Shown one piece after another: positions 1 to 10,028 of a stretch of DNA of 64,000 nt. The notes under the pieces are model-generated. The model made no database searches. It had not been told where the DNA came from and was given only the letters and a program-made list of their open reading frames with translations. The stretch is from contig JBBDJP010000001.1 in NCBI GenBank assembly GCA_040879805.1, positions 66,173 through 130,172 on the forward strand, given 5' to 3'. The stretch comes from Candidatus Pacearchaeota archaeon (lineage in GTDB: Archaea; Nanobdellota; Nanobdellia; Pacearchaeales; GW2011-AR1). A program made the translations under genes and the position numbers. How positions within the stretch are numbered: position 1 is the stretch's first letter; every line of letters starts with the position of its first letter.

Positions 1-2
1 GA

Positions 3-170
3 GAATCGATAAGAATAAAAAATTCTGTTGTGCATACTAACCCTAAAAGCGACGCTTCAAGAGCTTACAAAGAAGTTGCTGCAAAGCTTCTAGGAGTTCA
101 TTATGATTCTAACAGGGATAAAGAAAAAATAATTGAAAAACTCCTTAAAAAACTAGGTTTACGATCTTAA
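3..170 (+). CDS. C-terminal fragment of probable MinD/ParA-family ATPase (gene starts before the window)
   Basis: Open frame ESIRIKNSVVHTNPKSDASRAYKEVAAKLLG...IIEKLLKKLGLRS*; PxSxASxAYxxxAxKL plus a terminal amphipathic helix resemble the MinD C-terminus. Confidence 0.6.
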   Translation, partial: ESIRIKNSVVHTNPKSDASRAYKEVAAKLLGVHYDSNRDKEKIIEKLLKKLGLRS

Positions 171-505
171 CTAATGCTACTACCATTATCAATATCTTTT
201 TCTGGACAAATTAAAACGACTTTCTTGTGATCTTTTGTTGAAGCAGCTAATAACATCCCCTGACTTTCTATTCCCATTAATTTTCTTGGTTTTAGATTTG
301 AAAAATAAATTACTTTCTTCCCTTCCAAATCTTCCTTGGAATAAAACTCCTTCAAGCCTGCACAGACGATTCTTTCTCCAAGTTCACCAACATCTAAACG
401 AATCTTGTACAATTTATCTGCGCTTTCAATATCTTCAACTTGTTTAACTTCTGCAACTTTCAAATCAAGTTTAGTCCAATCTTCAAAATCAACTATTCCT
501 TCCAT
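167..505 (-). CDS. Stand-alone OB-fold tRNA-binding protein (MetRS C-terminal domain / Trbp111 / CsaA family)
   Basis: DFEDWTKLDLKVAEV, ADKLY, NLKPRKLMGIESQGMLLAA motifs; overlaps the metG stop. Confidence 0.9.
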   Translation of the reverse strand: MEGIVDFEDWTKLDLKVAEVKQVEDIESADKLYKIRLDVGELGERIVCAGLKEFYSKEDLEGKKVIYFSNLKPRKLMGIESQGMLLAASTKDHKKVVLICPEKDIDNGSSIS

Positions 506-1908
506 TTTATTTTATTAAATAAAACTTCTCCTTTTTTAATTTTTTCTGAAGAAAACTGTTCTTTGATTTTATCTGCCGTAGAAGGCATGAATATCCAAAG
601 ATAGGGCGTTATTTTTCTTATAGATTCGACAACCTCAAATAATACTCTCTTGTCTTTAGTCTCCCATGGTTTTTTGTTTTGGATATATTCATTGCAAACA
701 TCAATAAAAGCAAATATTTCATTGAGAGCTTTATCAAACTCTAAATTATTAAGATGATTTTCAACTTTCTTTTGATTAAAATTACTTAAGAACTTGCTTT
801 TTGTTTCTTCAATTCCAAATTTCTCTACTAGAGAACTTACTCTAGAAACTAAATTCCCCAGCTTATCTGCAAGTTCATTATTATGTCTATCTATAAGTGC
901 TTTTTTAGAAAAATTTCCATCATCTCCAAAAGGTGTTGCCCTTAATAAAAAATACCTAGCAGAATCTTCTCCTGCAATACTAATTAGTTCATCAATATCA
1001 ATAACTCTCCCTCTTGACTTAGAAATTTTCTCTTTATCAAAAGTCCACCAACCATGGGCAAATATTTTTTTAGGAAGATCTATTCTTGCAGAAATCAAAA
1101 ATGCTGGCCAATAAACCGTATGAAACCAAAGTATGTCTTTCCCAATTAAATGTATATTTGCTGGCCAAAAATCTTTTTTATCTTTTTCTCTTGTTGCAGA
1201 ATAATAATTGAACAATGCATCAAACCAAACATAACAAACATGTTTTTTGTCAAAGGGCAAAGGAATTCCCCAGTCAAAATTTACTCTTGAAATACTTAAG
1301 TCTCTAAGCCCTTCTTTAACCCTATTAATTACTTCTTGCTTTCTCTTATTTGGAGAAATAAAATCAGAATTTTTTTCATATAAATCCAAAAGTTTTTTTT
1401 GGTATTTGGAAAGCTTGAAAAAATAACTTTCCTCCTTTATAGTCTCAACTTCTTTTTTGTGAATTAGACAAATATTTCCATCTAATAAATCTTTTTCAGT
1501 ATAATATGCTTCACAACCAACACAATATAGGCCCTCATAATTTCCTTTGTAAATATCTCCATTATCATAAACTTTTTGGAGAACCTCTGAAACAACTTTC
1601 ATATGTTTTGGATCTGTTGTTCTTATAAACTTATCATATTTTAAATTAAGTTTTCTCCATGCATCTTTGAATTTAGGAATTAATTCATTAGTAAACTCTT
1701 TAGGACTTTTGCCCTTGCTTTTAGCAACTTCTGCAATTTTCTTTCCATGATCATCAGTCCCAGTTAGAAAAAAAACATCTTTTCCTTTAATTTTGTTCCA
1801 TCTAGATAAAACATCTGCAGCAATTGTAGTATATGCATGACCAATATGAGGGATGTCATTAGGATAATATATTGGGGTTGTAACATAAAATTTATTTCTA
1901 TTTTTCAT
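493..1908 (-). CDS. metG: Methionyl-tRNA synthetase, short form
   Basis: TTPIYYPN..PHIGH, GTDDHG, YVWFDAL, IGKDILWFH, KISKS. Confidence 0.97.
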   Translation of the reverse strand: MKNRNKFYVTTPIYYPNDIPHIGHAYTTIAADVLSRWNKIKGKDVFFLTGTDDHGKKIAEVAKSKGKSPKEFTNELIPKFKDAWRKLNLKYDKFIRTTDPKHMKVVSEVLQKVYDNGDIYKGNYEGLYCVGCEAYYTEKDLLDGNICLIHKKEVETIKEESYFFKLSKYQKKLLDLYEKNSDFISPNKRKQEVINRVKEGLRDLSISRVNFDWGIPLPFDKKHVCYVWFDALFNYYSATREKDKKDFWPANIHLIGKDILWFHTVYWPAFLISARIDLPKKIFAHGWWTFDKEKISKSRGRVIDIDELISIAGEDSARYFLLRATPFGDDGNFSKKALIDRHNNELADKLGNLVSRVSSLVEKFGIEETKSKFLSNFNQKKVENHLNNLEFDKALNEIFAFIDVCNEYIQNKKPWETKDKRVLFEVVESIRKITPYLWIFMPSTADKIKEQFSSEKIKKGEVLFNKIKWKE

Positions 1909-1992
1909 AAGACCAAAACAATTTAGAGATATAAAAAGTTAACTAAGAGTCTTTAGGAAAAATTATTTAAAAGAAGGGAATGTTCTTTTAAT

Positions 1993-2673
1993 ATGTTCAA
2001 CAAAAAAAGATGTAGTAATTGTAATGAAAAATTGGATAGTGACTACAACTTTTGCCCTTACTGCAGGACCCCAACAAAGGGGAAAAACATTAATGAAGAT
2101 TGGGGCATGCTTGGAAAAAACGACTTTGACCAAAATAATGGAGAAATATTTCCTCGAGGATTAAACACTTTATTTAATTCGCTATTTAGTAATCTTAGTG
2201 AACAAATGGATAAACAACTTAGAGAAATGGGAAAATTAAAAGACCAAAAACAAAGAAAAGAAAAGAAAAGAGGAATTGGAATAAGTATTCATACTTCTAA
2301 CGGTAAACCTCCTGAAATAAGGGTGACTTCATTCGGAGGACCTGTTTCAAATTTTAAATCAAAGAAGAATACTAAAAAAAATAAAAGTTCAGTTCTTGAG
2401 CTTCCATCTGCAAACGCAAAAAAATTTCTGGGACTTCCAAAAGAAGAACCAAAAACAGAAATTAGAAGGCTTTCTGATAAAGTTATTTATGAATTAAAAT
2501 TGCCTGGAGTAAAGTCTCTCAAAGACATTTCAATTTCCCGACTTGAAAATAGTATAGAAATTAAGGCACTTGGGAAAAACAAAGTGTTTCAGAAAATTAT
2601 CACATTAAATTTGCCAATAAAAAAATACAAATTCTTGAAAAAGAAATTGGTTCTTGAACTTGATGCAGATTAA
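1993..2673 (+). CDS. Zinc-ribbon plus Hsp20/alpha-crystallin-like domain protein
   Basis: N-terminal CSNC...FCPYC; C-terminal EPKTEI..YELKLPGVKS..DI segment resembling small heat-shock proteins. Confidence 0.65.
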   Translation: MFNKKRCSNCNEKLDSDYNFCPYCRTPTKGKNINEDWGMLGKNDFDQNNGEIFPRGLNTLFNSLFSNLSEQMDKQLREMGKLKDQKQRKEKKRGIGISIHTSNGKPPEIRVTSFGGPVSNFKSKKNTKKNKSSVLELPSANAKKFLGLPKEEPKTEIRRLSDKVIYELKLPGVKSLKDISISRLENSIEIKALGKNKVFQKIITLNLPIKKYKFLKKKLVLELDAD

Positions 2674-2735
2674 AATTCTAATTAGTTTAATTAACAAAAC
2701 TTATAAAACCTAATATTTCTTATTCTATTATTAAT

Positions 2736-2810
2736 GAGCCTGTAGCTCAGTCTGGCTAGAGCGCTGCTCTGATAAGGCAGAGGTCCACGGTTCAAATCCG
2801 TGCAGGCTCA
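2736..2810 (+). tRNA. tRNA-Ile(GAU)
   Basis: Acceptor GAGCCTG/CAGGCTC, anticodon arm CTGCT-CTGATAA-GGCAG, T-loop TTCAAAT; no CCA, no intron. Confidence 0.95.
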
Positions 2811-2835
2811 TTTTAAACTTGAGAAGTCTAAAATA

Positions 2836-3255
2836 ATGAAATTAGAAAGAATCAAAAAACATCTTAGAAAATCAAAAAAATTCAAATTTCAAGAAAGACA
2901 TATTGTTTATAATTTTGAAAAATCTCCAGAAAGTTCTAATGACTTAGGAATCTTAAGATATCATTTTATTGTTTCTGATGATAGGTTCAGGGAGAATAAA
3001 ATAGAAAAAATATTAAATAATTTTCAGGAAAAAAGCATAATTAATTACCCTTTTGATGAGGTCCGAAGGTTAGAGGGAAAACACTATGGAACAAATTTTA
3101 GATTTCTTTTTGTTAGTTATGACACTCAATATAGTCCAAAATTCCTAGATTTTAAAGGTGTTTCAGAAAATGTTAAAAGAGACACAGATTTAAGAGAAAG
3201 AAAGGTAGGAAGCATTGAAGATTATATTCTAAGAAAATATGAGATCCTTACTTGA
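2836..3255 (+). CDS. Hypothetical protein
   Basis: ORF downstream of tRNA-Ile; start moved to ATG 2836 because the GTG at 2800 lies inside the tRNA. Confidence 0.55.
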   Translation: MKLERIKKHLRKSKKFKFQERHIVYNFEKSPESSNDLGILRYHFIVSDDRFRENKIEKILNNFQEKSIINYPFDEVRRLEGKHYGTNFRFLFVSYDTQYSPKFLDFKGVSENVKRDTDLRERKVGSIEDYILRKYEILT

Positions 3256-3304
3256 ATTTCTGAACAACCAAAGAGCTTTTAAACCAACTTTTTCTCAATA
3301 AAAT

Positions 3305-3877
3305 ATGGTCAAAGGAATGTATCATTATTTAAGAAAGGCTTGGAAAAAGCCAGACAAGAAGACACTCCGAGAAAGAATGGTTGAATGGAGAAAATCTCCA
3401 GTGGTTGTAAAAGTTGATAAACCCTTAAGAATCGATCGTGCACGATCTCTTGGTTATAAAAACAAGAAAGGATTTGTTGTCGCGAGAATTAAAATTAAAA
3501 GGGGAGGTCACAAAAGATCTAGACCCAATAAAGGAAGAAGAAGTAAAAGACTTCATACGAGAAAAAATCTTAGAATGAACTATAAATGGATTGCTGAACA
3601 AAGAGTTGCAAGAAAATTCTCAAACCTTGAAGTTCTTAATTCTTATATGATTGGAAAGGATGGTATACATTATTTCTATGAAGTTATTCTTGTAGATCCA
3701 AAAAGACCCGAAATAAAAAATGACAAAGATATGAAAAAGTTTGTAAATTTAAACAATAAAAAGAGAGCCATGAGGGGAATTACAAGTTCTGGGAAAAAAT
3801 CAAGAGGTCTTAGAAATAAATCCAAAGAGAACAAAGCCAGACCAAGTCTAAGAGCCAATAAAAGAAGAGGAAAATAA
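3305..3877 (+). CDS. rpl15e: 50S ribosomal protein L15e
   Basis: P.RIDRARSLGYK.K.G, IAEQRV.RKF.NLEVLNSY, YEVILVDP. Confidence 0.97.
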   Translation: MVKGMYHYLRKAWKKPDKKTLRERMVEWRKSPVVVKVDKPLRIDRARSLGYKNKKGFVVARIKIKRGGHKRSRPNKGRRSKRLHTRKNLRMNYKWIAEQRVARKFSNLEVLNSYMIGKDGIHYFYEVILVDPKRPEIKNDKDMKKFVNLNNKKRAMRGITSSGKKSRGLRNKSKENKARPSLRANKRRGK

Positions 3878-3919
3878 ACAAACTTAAAAACCACTTCTTC
3901 TTTAATATCAAAAGAAAAA

Positions 3920-4153
3920 ATGGTAAATTATTATATTTTTGGAATTTTAGGTTTAATATCTATTATTCTTGGAACTTTCATATTATCTTTAAAAAAACAG
4001 GTTGACCGAAAAAAAGTATATCCTTTCTTGTTCTTAGGAGGCGTATTTTTATTTTTATACAGTATTTACATAGATGATATTATTTTTATGATACTTCAAG
4101 GAACTTATACTCTTGTAGTTGCTTATAATATCTTTAAAATTTACTCTAAATAA
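3920..4153 (+). CDS. Small membrane protein (about 3 TM helices)
   Basis: 77 aa with three hydrophobic segments; directly upstream of lig. Confidence 0.65.
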   Translation: MVNYYIFGILGLISIILGTFILSLKKQVDRKKVYPFLFLGGVFLFLYSIYIDDIIFMILQGTYTLVVAYNIFKIYSK

Positions 4154-4154
4154 T

Positions 4155-5864
4155 ATGGAATATAAAAAACTCGCAGAATTTTATGAAGAAGCCTCATCAA
4201 CAACAAAAAGACTTGAAAAGATTAGAATTTTATCTAAATTTTTAAAACAAATTAAAAAATCTGATAGGAATGTTCTCTATTTACTTCTTGGAGATATTTA
4301 CCCTGAATATAATGAAAAGAGAATTGGAATTTCAAACAGACTAGCAATAAAATCAATCTCAAAAGCGACAGGAACTGATGAAAAAAAAGTTGTTGGAGAA
4401 TGGAAAGAAATTGGAGATCTTGGAAAAGTTTCTCAAATTCTAACTTCAAAGAAATTACAGTCTACACTTCATAAAAAAAGTTTGACTGTCGATAAAGTAA
4501 TCTCAAATCTTAGAAAACTTCCAGAATTGGAAGGCAAGGGAAGTGTGGGTAAAAAAATTGGGCTTATTACTGAATTGCTTACTTCTGCAACTCCTGTGGA
4601 AGCTCTCTACCTTGTTAGAACTATAATTGGAGATTTAAGAATTGGGATACGAGAAAGTACTATCAGAAATTCTATTGCTGCCGCTTTTTTTGATTCTAGA
4701 AAAGATGCTAAAAAGAAAATCCGGGAAGCTATCGACAAAACAAATGACATTGCAGCAGTATTTGATGTAGCTAAAAAGAAAAAAATCAAAGAATTTGATA
4801 AGCTTCAGCTTGAAGTTGGGAAACCTATAAAAGTTATGCTTGCACAAAAAGCAAAAAATGTTAGTGACGCGTTCAAAGCAGTTGGGAAACCTGCTGCAGT
4901 AGAATACAAGTATGATGGTTTTAGAATGTTGATTCATAAAAAAGGAGATAAAATAACCTTATTTACAAGACGTTTGGAAAATGTAACAAAACAATTTCCA
5001 GAGGTTGCAGAGTTTGTGAAAGAATATGTTAAGGGAGAAACTTTTATCTTAGACTCTGAGGCTGTTGGCTTTGATAAAAAAACAAAGGAATACAAACCCT
5101 TTCAGGAGATAAGTCAGAGAATAAGAAGAAAATATAATATTGAAAAACTCCAGAAAGAACTACCTGTTGAAATAAATGTATTTGATGTTTTATATTACGA
5201 TGGAAAATCACTTCTTAATGAACCTTTCAAAAAACGTTCCAAAATAATAAGAAAAATAATCAAAAACCATCCTTACAAAATAATTTGTTCAAAACAAATA
5301 ATAACTTCTAATGAAAAAAGGGCTGAAAAATTTTACAAAAAAGCCCTTAGTGATAATCAAGAAGGTGTTATGTTTAAGAATCTTGAGGCTATCTATCAGC
5401 CAGGCAGCAGAGTTGGCCATATGTTAAAAATAAAACCTGAAGAAAGGGACCTTGATTTAGTAATTACTGGAGCAGAATATGGGACTGGAAAACGTTCAGG
5501 ATGGCTTTCAAGCTTCATACTCTCGTGTAGAGGAAAGAAAAAAGGGGAATATCTTGAGATAGGAAAAGTAGGGACAGGAATAAAGGAAAAAAAAGAGATG
5601 GGGATGTCTTTTAATGAATTAACCAAAAAATTAAAACCACTTATCATAAAAGAAAAAGGCAAAAAGGTTGAAATTAAACCAAAAATTATTGTTTCGGTAA
5701 CCTATCAAGAAATTCAACATTCTCCTAATTACAATTCTGGTTTTGCTTTAAGATTCCCAAGATTCACTGCCTTAAGAGAAGATAAACCCTTGTCTGAAGT
5801 TGCAGATTTAAAAGAAGTTCAAAAAGATTTTGAGAATCAGAAAAGAAATTATAGGTATGGTTAA
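4155..5864 (+). CDS. lig: ATP-dependent DNA ligase
   Basis: Motif I EYKYDG, EGVMFK, DLVITG, ALRFPRF..LREDK; start taken at ATG 4155 (MEYKK). Confidence 0.97.
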   Translation: MEYKKLAEFYEEASSTTKRLEKIRILSKFLKQIKKSDRNVLYLLLGDIYPEYNEKRIGISNRLAIKSISKATGTDEKKVVGEWKEIGDLGKVSQILTSKKLQSTLHKKSLTVDKVISNLRKLPELEGKGSVGKKIGLITELLTSATPVEALYLVRTIIGDLRIGIRESTIRNSIAAAFFDSRKDAKKKIREAIDKTNDIAAVFDVAKKKKIKEFDKLQLEVGKPIKVMLAQKAKNVSDAFKAVGKPAAVEYKYDGFRMLIHKKGDKITLFTRRLENVTKQFPEVAEFVKEYVKGETFILDSEAVGFDKKTKEYKPFQEISQRIRRKYNIEKLQKELPVEINVFDVLYYDGKSLLNEPFKKRSKIIRKIIKNHPYKIICSKQIITSNEKRAEKFYKKALSDNQEGVMFKNLEAIYQPGSRVGHMLKIKPEERDLDLVITGAEYGTGKRSGWLSSFILSCRGKKKGEYLEIGKVGTGIKEKKEMGMSFNELTKKLKPLIIKEKGKKVEIKPKIIVSVTYQEIQHSPNYNSGFALRFPRFTALREDKPLSEVADLKEVQKDFENQKRNYRYG

Positions 5865-6373
5865 TTAATAAAATCCACAAAACTCTCTTCACTAACCACT
5901 TCTTTCCCTTTATATTTTATCTCTCCCACGAAATAATCATCTCTACTTAACAAAGCTTCATAAAAAATATTGTCTCCTGAATTTTTTGGAAGATCTAAAA
6001 TTCTTTTTTTAGGAATCCAGAGGGGAATACCTTCATCTCCTGCTTTAAGAGTTCCTCCATATTCTTCTGTAGAAAAAAGGTAAATATAATAGTCTTCAGG
6101 ATTATCCCAATTATCAAAGATTCTTTCTTCATTAAGAAATGTTATCTGTCCTCTAATTGAATGGTTAATCATTTTGATCCCGGTTTCCTCTTCACACTCT
6201 CTGACTGCAGACTCCAGTTTGCCGTGAGAATTTTCCATTTCACCATCATTTATTTTTCCTCCTGGAAGTGTGAAAAGTCCAGAATTTGGGTCATTTTCTC
6301 TTTTAAATTTCTTTATCATCAAAACCCTTTCTCGCTCTTTATCTAAGACATAAGACATTGTTCCATATAACAT
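5861..6373 (-). CDS. NUDIX hydrolase (MutT/8-oxo-dGTPase-like)
   Basis: Nudix box PGGK...ESAVRECEEETG; DEG..W. Confidence 0.88.
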   Translation of the reverse strand: MLYGTMSYVLDKERERVLMIKKFKRENDPNSGLFTLPGGKINDGEMENSHGKLESAVRECEEETGIKMINHSIRGQITFLNEERIFDNWDNPEDYYIYLFSTEEYGGTLKAGDEGIPLWIPKKRILDLPKNSGDNIFYEALLSRDDYFVGEIKYKGKEVVSEESFVDFIN

Positions 6374-6434
6374 AGCTTATTTTAGAAGAGAATACTAATA
6401 AAGATTTATGCTATGAAAAACATATGTTTTCAAA

Positions 6435-6465
6435 GCCTTTATAAAGGCCAATTTCCCTTTATAAA
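6435..6465 (+). promoter_or_regulatory. Tandem TATA boxes upstream of tbp
   Basis: Perfect palindrome GCCTTTATAAAGGC (6435-6448) and a second TTTATAAA (6458-6465). Confidence 0.55.
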
Positions 6466-6481
6466 TAGTCTTGATTTAAAA

Positions 6482-7105
6482 ATGGCAAAGAAAAAAGATA
6501 CTAAAAAAAAGACTAGAAGGAAGAAAAAAAGCAACTATAAAATCCAAAATATCGTTGCAACAACTTCTCTTGAAAAACCTATTCCTCTAACAAAACTTGC
6601 AAGAACTCAACCAAACACTGAATACAATCCTGAAACTTTTCCTGGACTAGTATTAAGAATCAAAGAACCTAAATCTGCAGTCCTTGTTTTTAGTTCAGGG
6701 AACCTCGTATGTACTGGGACTAAGTCAGTTGCCCAAGTAAAAAGGGTTATACAAGCAGTGATAAAACAACTGAAAAAGATTAATGTGAATATAACTACAA
6801 AACCAAAAATAACTGTGCAAAATATAGTTGCGTCAGGAACAATAAATCTTGACTTAAATCTCAACTTCCTTGCACTTGAAATGAAAAATACAGAATATGA
6901 ACCTGAACAATTTCCGGGGCTTGTTTACAAACTTATAGAACCAAATGCAACTTTCCTCCTTTTTAGCAATGGAAAACTTGTTTGTACTGGAACAAAAAAC
7001 AGGAAACAACTAGAATTCAGCATGACACAACTTTTAAAGGATGTTAAAATTATACTAAAAGATTACGAAGCATGGAAAAAAGAACGTAGAAAACAGTGGA
7101 CTTAA
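6482..7105 (+). CDS. tbp: TATA-box binding protein
   Basis: Two repeats: QNIVAT...YNPETFPGL...VFSSGNLVCTG and QNIVASG...YEPEQFPGL...FSNGKLVCTG; start at ATG 6482. Confidence 0.97.
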   Translation: MAKKKDTKKKTRRKKKSNYKIQNIVATTSLEKPIPLTKLARTQPNTEYNPETFPGLVLRIKEPKSAVLVFSSGNLVCTGTKSVAQVKRVIQAVIKQLKKINVNITTKPKITVQNIVASGTINLDLNLNFLALEMKNTEYEPEQFPGLVYKLIEPNATFLLFSNGKLVCTGTKNRKQLEFSMTQLLKDVKIILKDYEAWKKERRKQWT

Positions 7106-7157
7106 ACTAAATTTCTAAAAACTCAATATTTAAAAAATACAAAGTCCATAGTATTTT

Positions 7158-7460
7158 ATGGTTAATCTCTTTAAAAATTTTAAGAAAATAGGTAAAAAAA
7201 CAAATTTTAGGGCATTAATTTATGGTATGTTTTCAAACTGGGGACTTATAGTTCTTTCCAATATAATTGGTTCAATATTTACAAACACCATTGGAATAGA
7301 CCTTGTAAGAAAATTCATCCCTGCACTATACTTATTAATTGGAATAGCTTTCTATTTCCCTTCTCCGAAATCAAGAGATTTTAGAATTGGATATATTTTA
7401 GCGTTCGTAATCGGACTTATACTCATAACTTTATTCTATTATCCTATTCTAATATCTTAA
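7158..7460 (+). CDS. Hypothetical membrane protein
   Basis: 100 aa, about 3 hydrophobic segments. Confidence 0.6.
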   Translation: MVNLFKNFKKIGKKTNFRALIYGMFSNWGLIVLSNIIGSIFTNTIGIDLVRKFIPALYLLIGIAFYFPSPKSRDFRIGYILAFVIGLILITLFYYPILIS

Positions 7461-7526
7461 CTCTATTTTCTAAACTATTCTGTAATTTATAATAAAGTAT
7501 AAAAACAATAACTATATTCTCTAAAC

Positions 7527-9566
7527 ATGGATCCTCAAATTCAATCTGGAAAAAGCAACAAAGGGAAAAAGGATGATTTAATGATTGAAGCAAAAAACTT
7601 TTTTGAATTTCATAAAAAAGAGATTGGAAAATCAATAAGAAGGGGTAAAAGTGTTATCAACACTGATTTTACTCAGCTTACAGAATTTTCGAACAAACTT
7701 TCAGAAGAGATTCTGACAAATCCTGAAGAAACTTTGAGAATTGTTGAAATTGCAATAGAAGAAACAGGACTAATAGATAATGTTAGGGTCAGACTACATA
7801 ATTTACCCAAAAGTCAAGAAGTCAAAGTTAGAAATATCCGTTCTAAAAACATTAATGAAATGATTGTTATTGAAGGTATTGTAAAACAGGCCTCAGATGT
7901 AAGGCCCCAAATAGTAAATGCAAAATTTGAATGTCCTTCTTGTGGAACTGTTACGCCTGTTCTCCAAATAGAAAAAAAATTTAGAGAACCTTCAAGATGT
8001 TCTTGTGGAAGAAGGGGTGGATTTAAATTAATAAGTAAAGATCTTGTTGATACTCAAAGACTTGTAATTGAAGAAGCTCCAGAAACTCTTTCGGGAGGAG
8101 AACAACCAAAAAGAATAAACATCTTCCTAAAAGAAGATCTTGTCGAACCCAAAATGGAAGAAAAAACGACTCCTGGAAGCAGAGTTAAAGTTATTGGAGT
8201 TCTTAAGGAGGTTCCAGTGCCTTTACGTTCGGGAGGATTATCAACCCGATTTGAACTTGCAATAGAATCTAATAATATAATCCCTCTTGAAGAAACTTTT
8301 GAGGAACTAGATATTGGCGAAGAAGATGAAAAACAAATAATTGAACTTTCACATGATCCAAAAATATTTGAAAAATTAACCCAAAGCATAATTCCCAGTG
8401 TTTGGGGATACACTGAAATAAAACAATCTTTAGTTTTGCAATTATTTGGAGGAGTCACAAAAATTCATACTGATGGACAACGAAGTAGAGGAGATCTTCA
8501 TATCCTTTTAATTGGAGATCCTGGTGTTGCAAAATCTGCAACTCTTGGATTTATGGCAAGAATTTCTCCTAAGGGAAGATATGTTGTAGGTAAATCTGCT
8601 TCTGGTGCAGGACTTACTGCTACTGTAGTGAGGGATGAATACCTTAGAGGGTGGTCTATAGAAGCAGGAGCTATGGCTCTAGCAAACAAAGGCCTTGTTT
8701 GTATTGATGAACTTGAAAAAATGGATCCTAATGACAGAAGCGCCATGCATGAGGCTATGGAACAGCAAACGATCACTATAAGTAAGGCAAATGTTCAAGC
8801 AACACTACGTGCAGAAACATCTGTGCTTGCTGCAGCAAACCCAAAATTTGGTAGATTTGATCCCTATCAATCAATAGCTCAACAAATTGACCTTCCTCCA
8901 ACTCTTATCAACCGATTTGATGTTATATTCCCTTTAAGAGACCTTCCAGACAGAAAAAAAGATGAAAAAATTGCGAGTCACGTTCTCGATGAACATAAAA
9001 AAAAGGGGAGAGATATGATCATCCCAAGAGATCTCCTTAGAAAATATGTGGCTTACACAAAACAAAAAATCAATCCAATTTTAGAAGATGAGACTGTCAA
9101 AGAAATAAAAAAATTCTATGTTGATTTAAGAAATATGCCTGTTTCAACAGAAGGAACTTTAAGACCCATTCCAATTTCTGCAAGGCAGCTACAAGCACTA
9201 ATAAGGATGTCTGAGGCCTCTGCAAAAATGAGGTTAAGTGATAGGGTAACTCTTGAAGATGCAAACAGGGCAATAAAAATAATGAAATATTATCTTTCTC
9301 AAGTTGGTTATGATTATGAATCAAAAACATTTGATATAGATAGGGGAACTGGTGGAATGCCTGCATCACAAAGAAACAAGGTCTTTCTTGTAAGAGATAC
9401 AATTACCAAATTAGAAGATAAACTTGGAAAAATGGTTCCTCGAGAAGAATTAGAACAAGAACTTGAAGGAAAAATGACTAAGGATGAAATTGATGAGGCA
9501 ATAACCAAACTTGACATAAGTGGAGTAATCTTCAAACCTAAAAAAGGGTATGTTTCAAGAACTTAA
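7527..9566 (+). CDS. mcm: MCM replicative helicase
   Basis: Zn finger CPSC, Walker A GDPGVAKS, CIDELEKM, AANPKFGRFD, C-terminal wHTH; no intein. Confidence 0.97.
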   Translation: MDPQIQSGKSNKGKKDDLMIEAKNFFEFHKKEIGKSIRRGKSVINTDFTQLTEFSNKLSEEILTNPEETLRIVEIAIEETGLIDNVRVRLHNLPKSQEVKVRNIRSKNINEMIVIEGIVKQASDVRPQIVNAKFECPSCGTVTPVLQIEKKFREPSRCSCGRRGGFKLISKDLVDTQRLVIEEAPETLSGGEQPKRINIFLKEDLVEPKMEEKTTPGSRVKVIGVLKEVPVPLRSGGLSTRFELAIESNNIIPLEETFEELDIGEEDEKQIIELSHDPKIFEKLTQSIIPSVWGYTEIKQSLVLQLFGGVTKIHTDGQRSRGDLHILLIGDPGVAKSATLGFMARISPKGRYVVGKSASGAGLTATVVRDEYLRGWSIEAGAMALANKGLVCIDELEKMDPNDRSAMHEAMEQQTITISKANVQATLRAETSVLAAANPKFGRFDPYQSIAQQIDLPPTLINRFDVIFPLRDLPDRKKDEKIASHVLDEHKKKGRDMIIPRDLLRKYVAYTKQKINPILEDETVKEIKKFYVDLRNMPVSTEGTLRPIPISARQLQALIRMSEASAKMRLSDRVTLEDANRAIKIMKYYLSQVGYDYESKTFDIDRGTGGMPASQRNKVFLVRDTITKLEDKLGKMVPREELEQELEGKMTKDEIDEAITKLDISGVIFKPKKGYVSRT

Positions 9567-9567
9567 G

Positions 9568-10026
9568 ATGTTATCAAAATTGGTTTGCCAATTATGGATG
9601 AAAAATCCAAAGGATTATTTTTTAAATAAATCTCTGATCACACACATAAATGAACATCCCTTGGAAGAATCTTGTATAGAATATTTTGTGAAAAATAAAT
9701 TTATTGGATACAGAAATAGTGCCTTGGGGGCTTCTGCATTCTTAAAAATAGAAAATGAAAAATGGGATTGGCATCTTTATAATAAATTTTTATATTCTAT
9801 TAATTTCAACAAAAATCTTTTAGAAAATGAAAAGATTGGTGCGTTCATACATGAAATAACTCATGCACATTATTTGAAATCTTTTAATGTTACTGAGTGG
9901 GATGAAAAATTAATTTCAAGTGAAGGGGAAAGATTCTTATCTGAAAATGAAAAATTTTGTGTAGAGATGTATGAATTATCAATTAACAAACTTTGGAAAA
10001 ATTTAGATAAAGATAATAGCATCTAG
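9568..10026 (+). CDS. Hypothetical protein with HExxH motif
   Basis: AFIHEITHAH; probable start ATG 9568 just after the mcm stop. Confidence 0.5.
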   Translation: MLSKLVCQLWMKNPKDYFLNKSLITHINEHPLEESCIEYFVKNKFIGYRNSALGASAFLKIENEKWDWHLYNKFLYSINFNKNLLENEKIGAFIHEITHAHYLKSFNVTEWDEKLISSEGERFLSENEKFCVEMYELSINKLWKNLDKDNSI

Positions 10027-10028
10027 AA

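Noticed and set aside
2700..2736. Leaderless tRNA transcription (RNase P independence as in Nanoarchaeum)
   Set aside because: TATA boxes are close to the tRNA 5' ends, but the spacing is also compatible with short leaders; cannot be decided without TSS data.
4119..4154. Longest-ORF starts given by the track for several genes (4119, 6413, 2800, 9550, 12059, 23723, 45360, 54536)
   Set aside because: They overlap upstream genes, tRNAs or promoter elements; downstream ATGs fit family N-termini and TATA spacing better.
7527..9566. Intein in MCM; introns in tRNAs despite endA
   Set aside because: MCM has normal length with contiguous motifs, and all seven tRNAs fold without an insertion.
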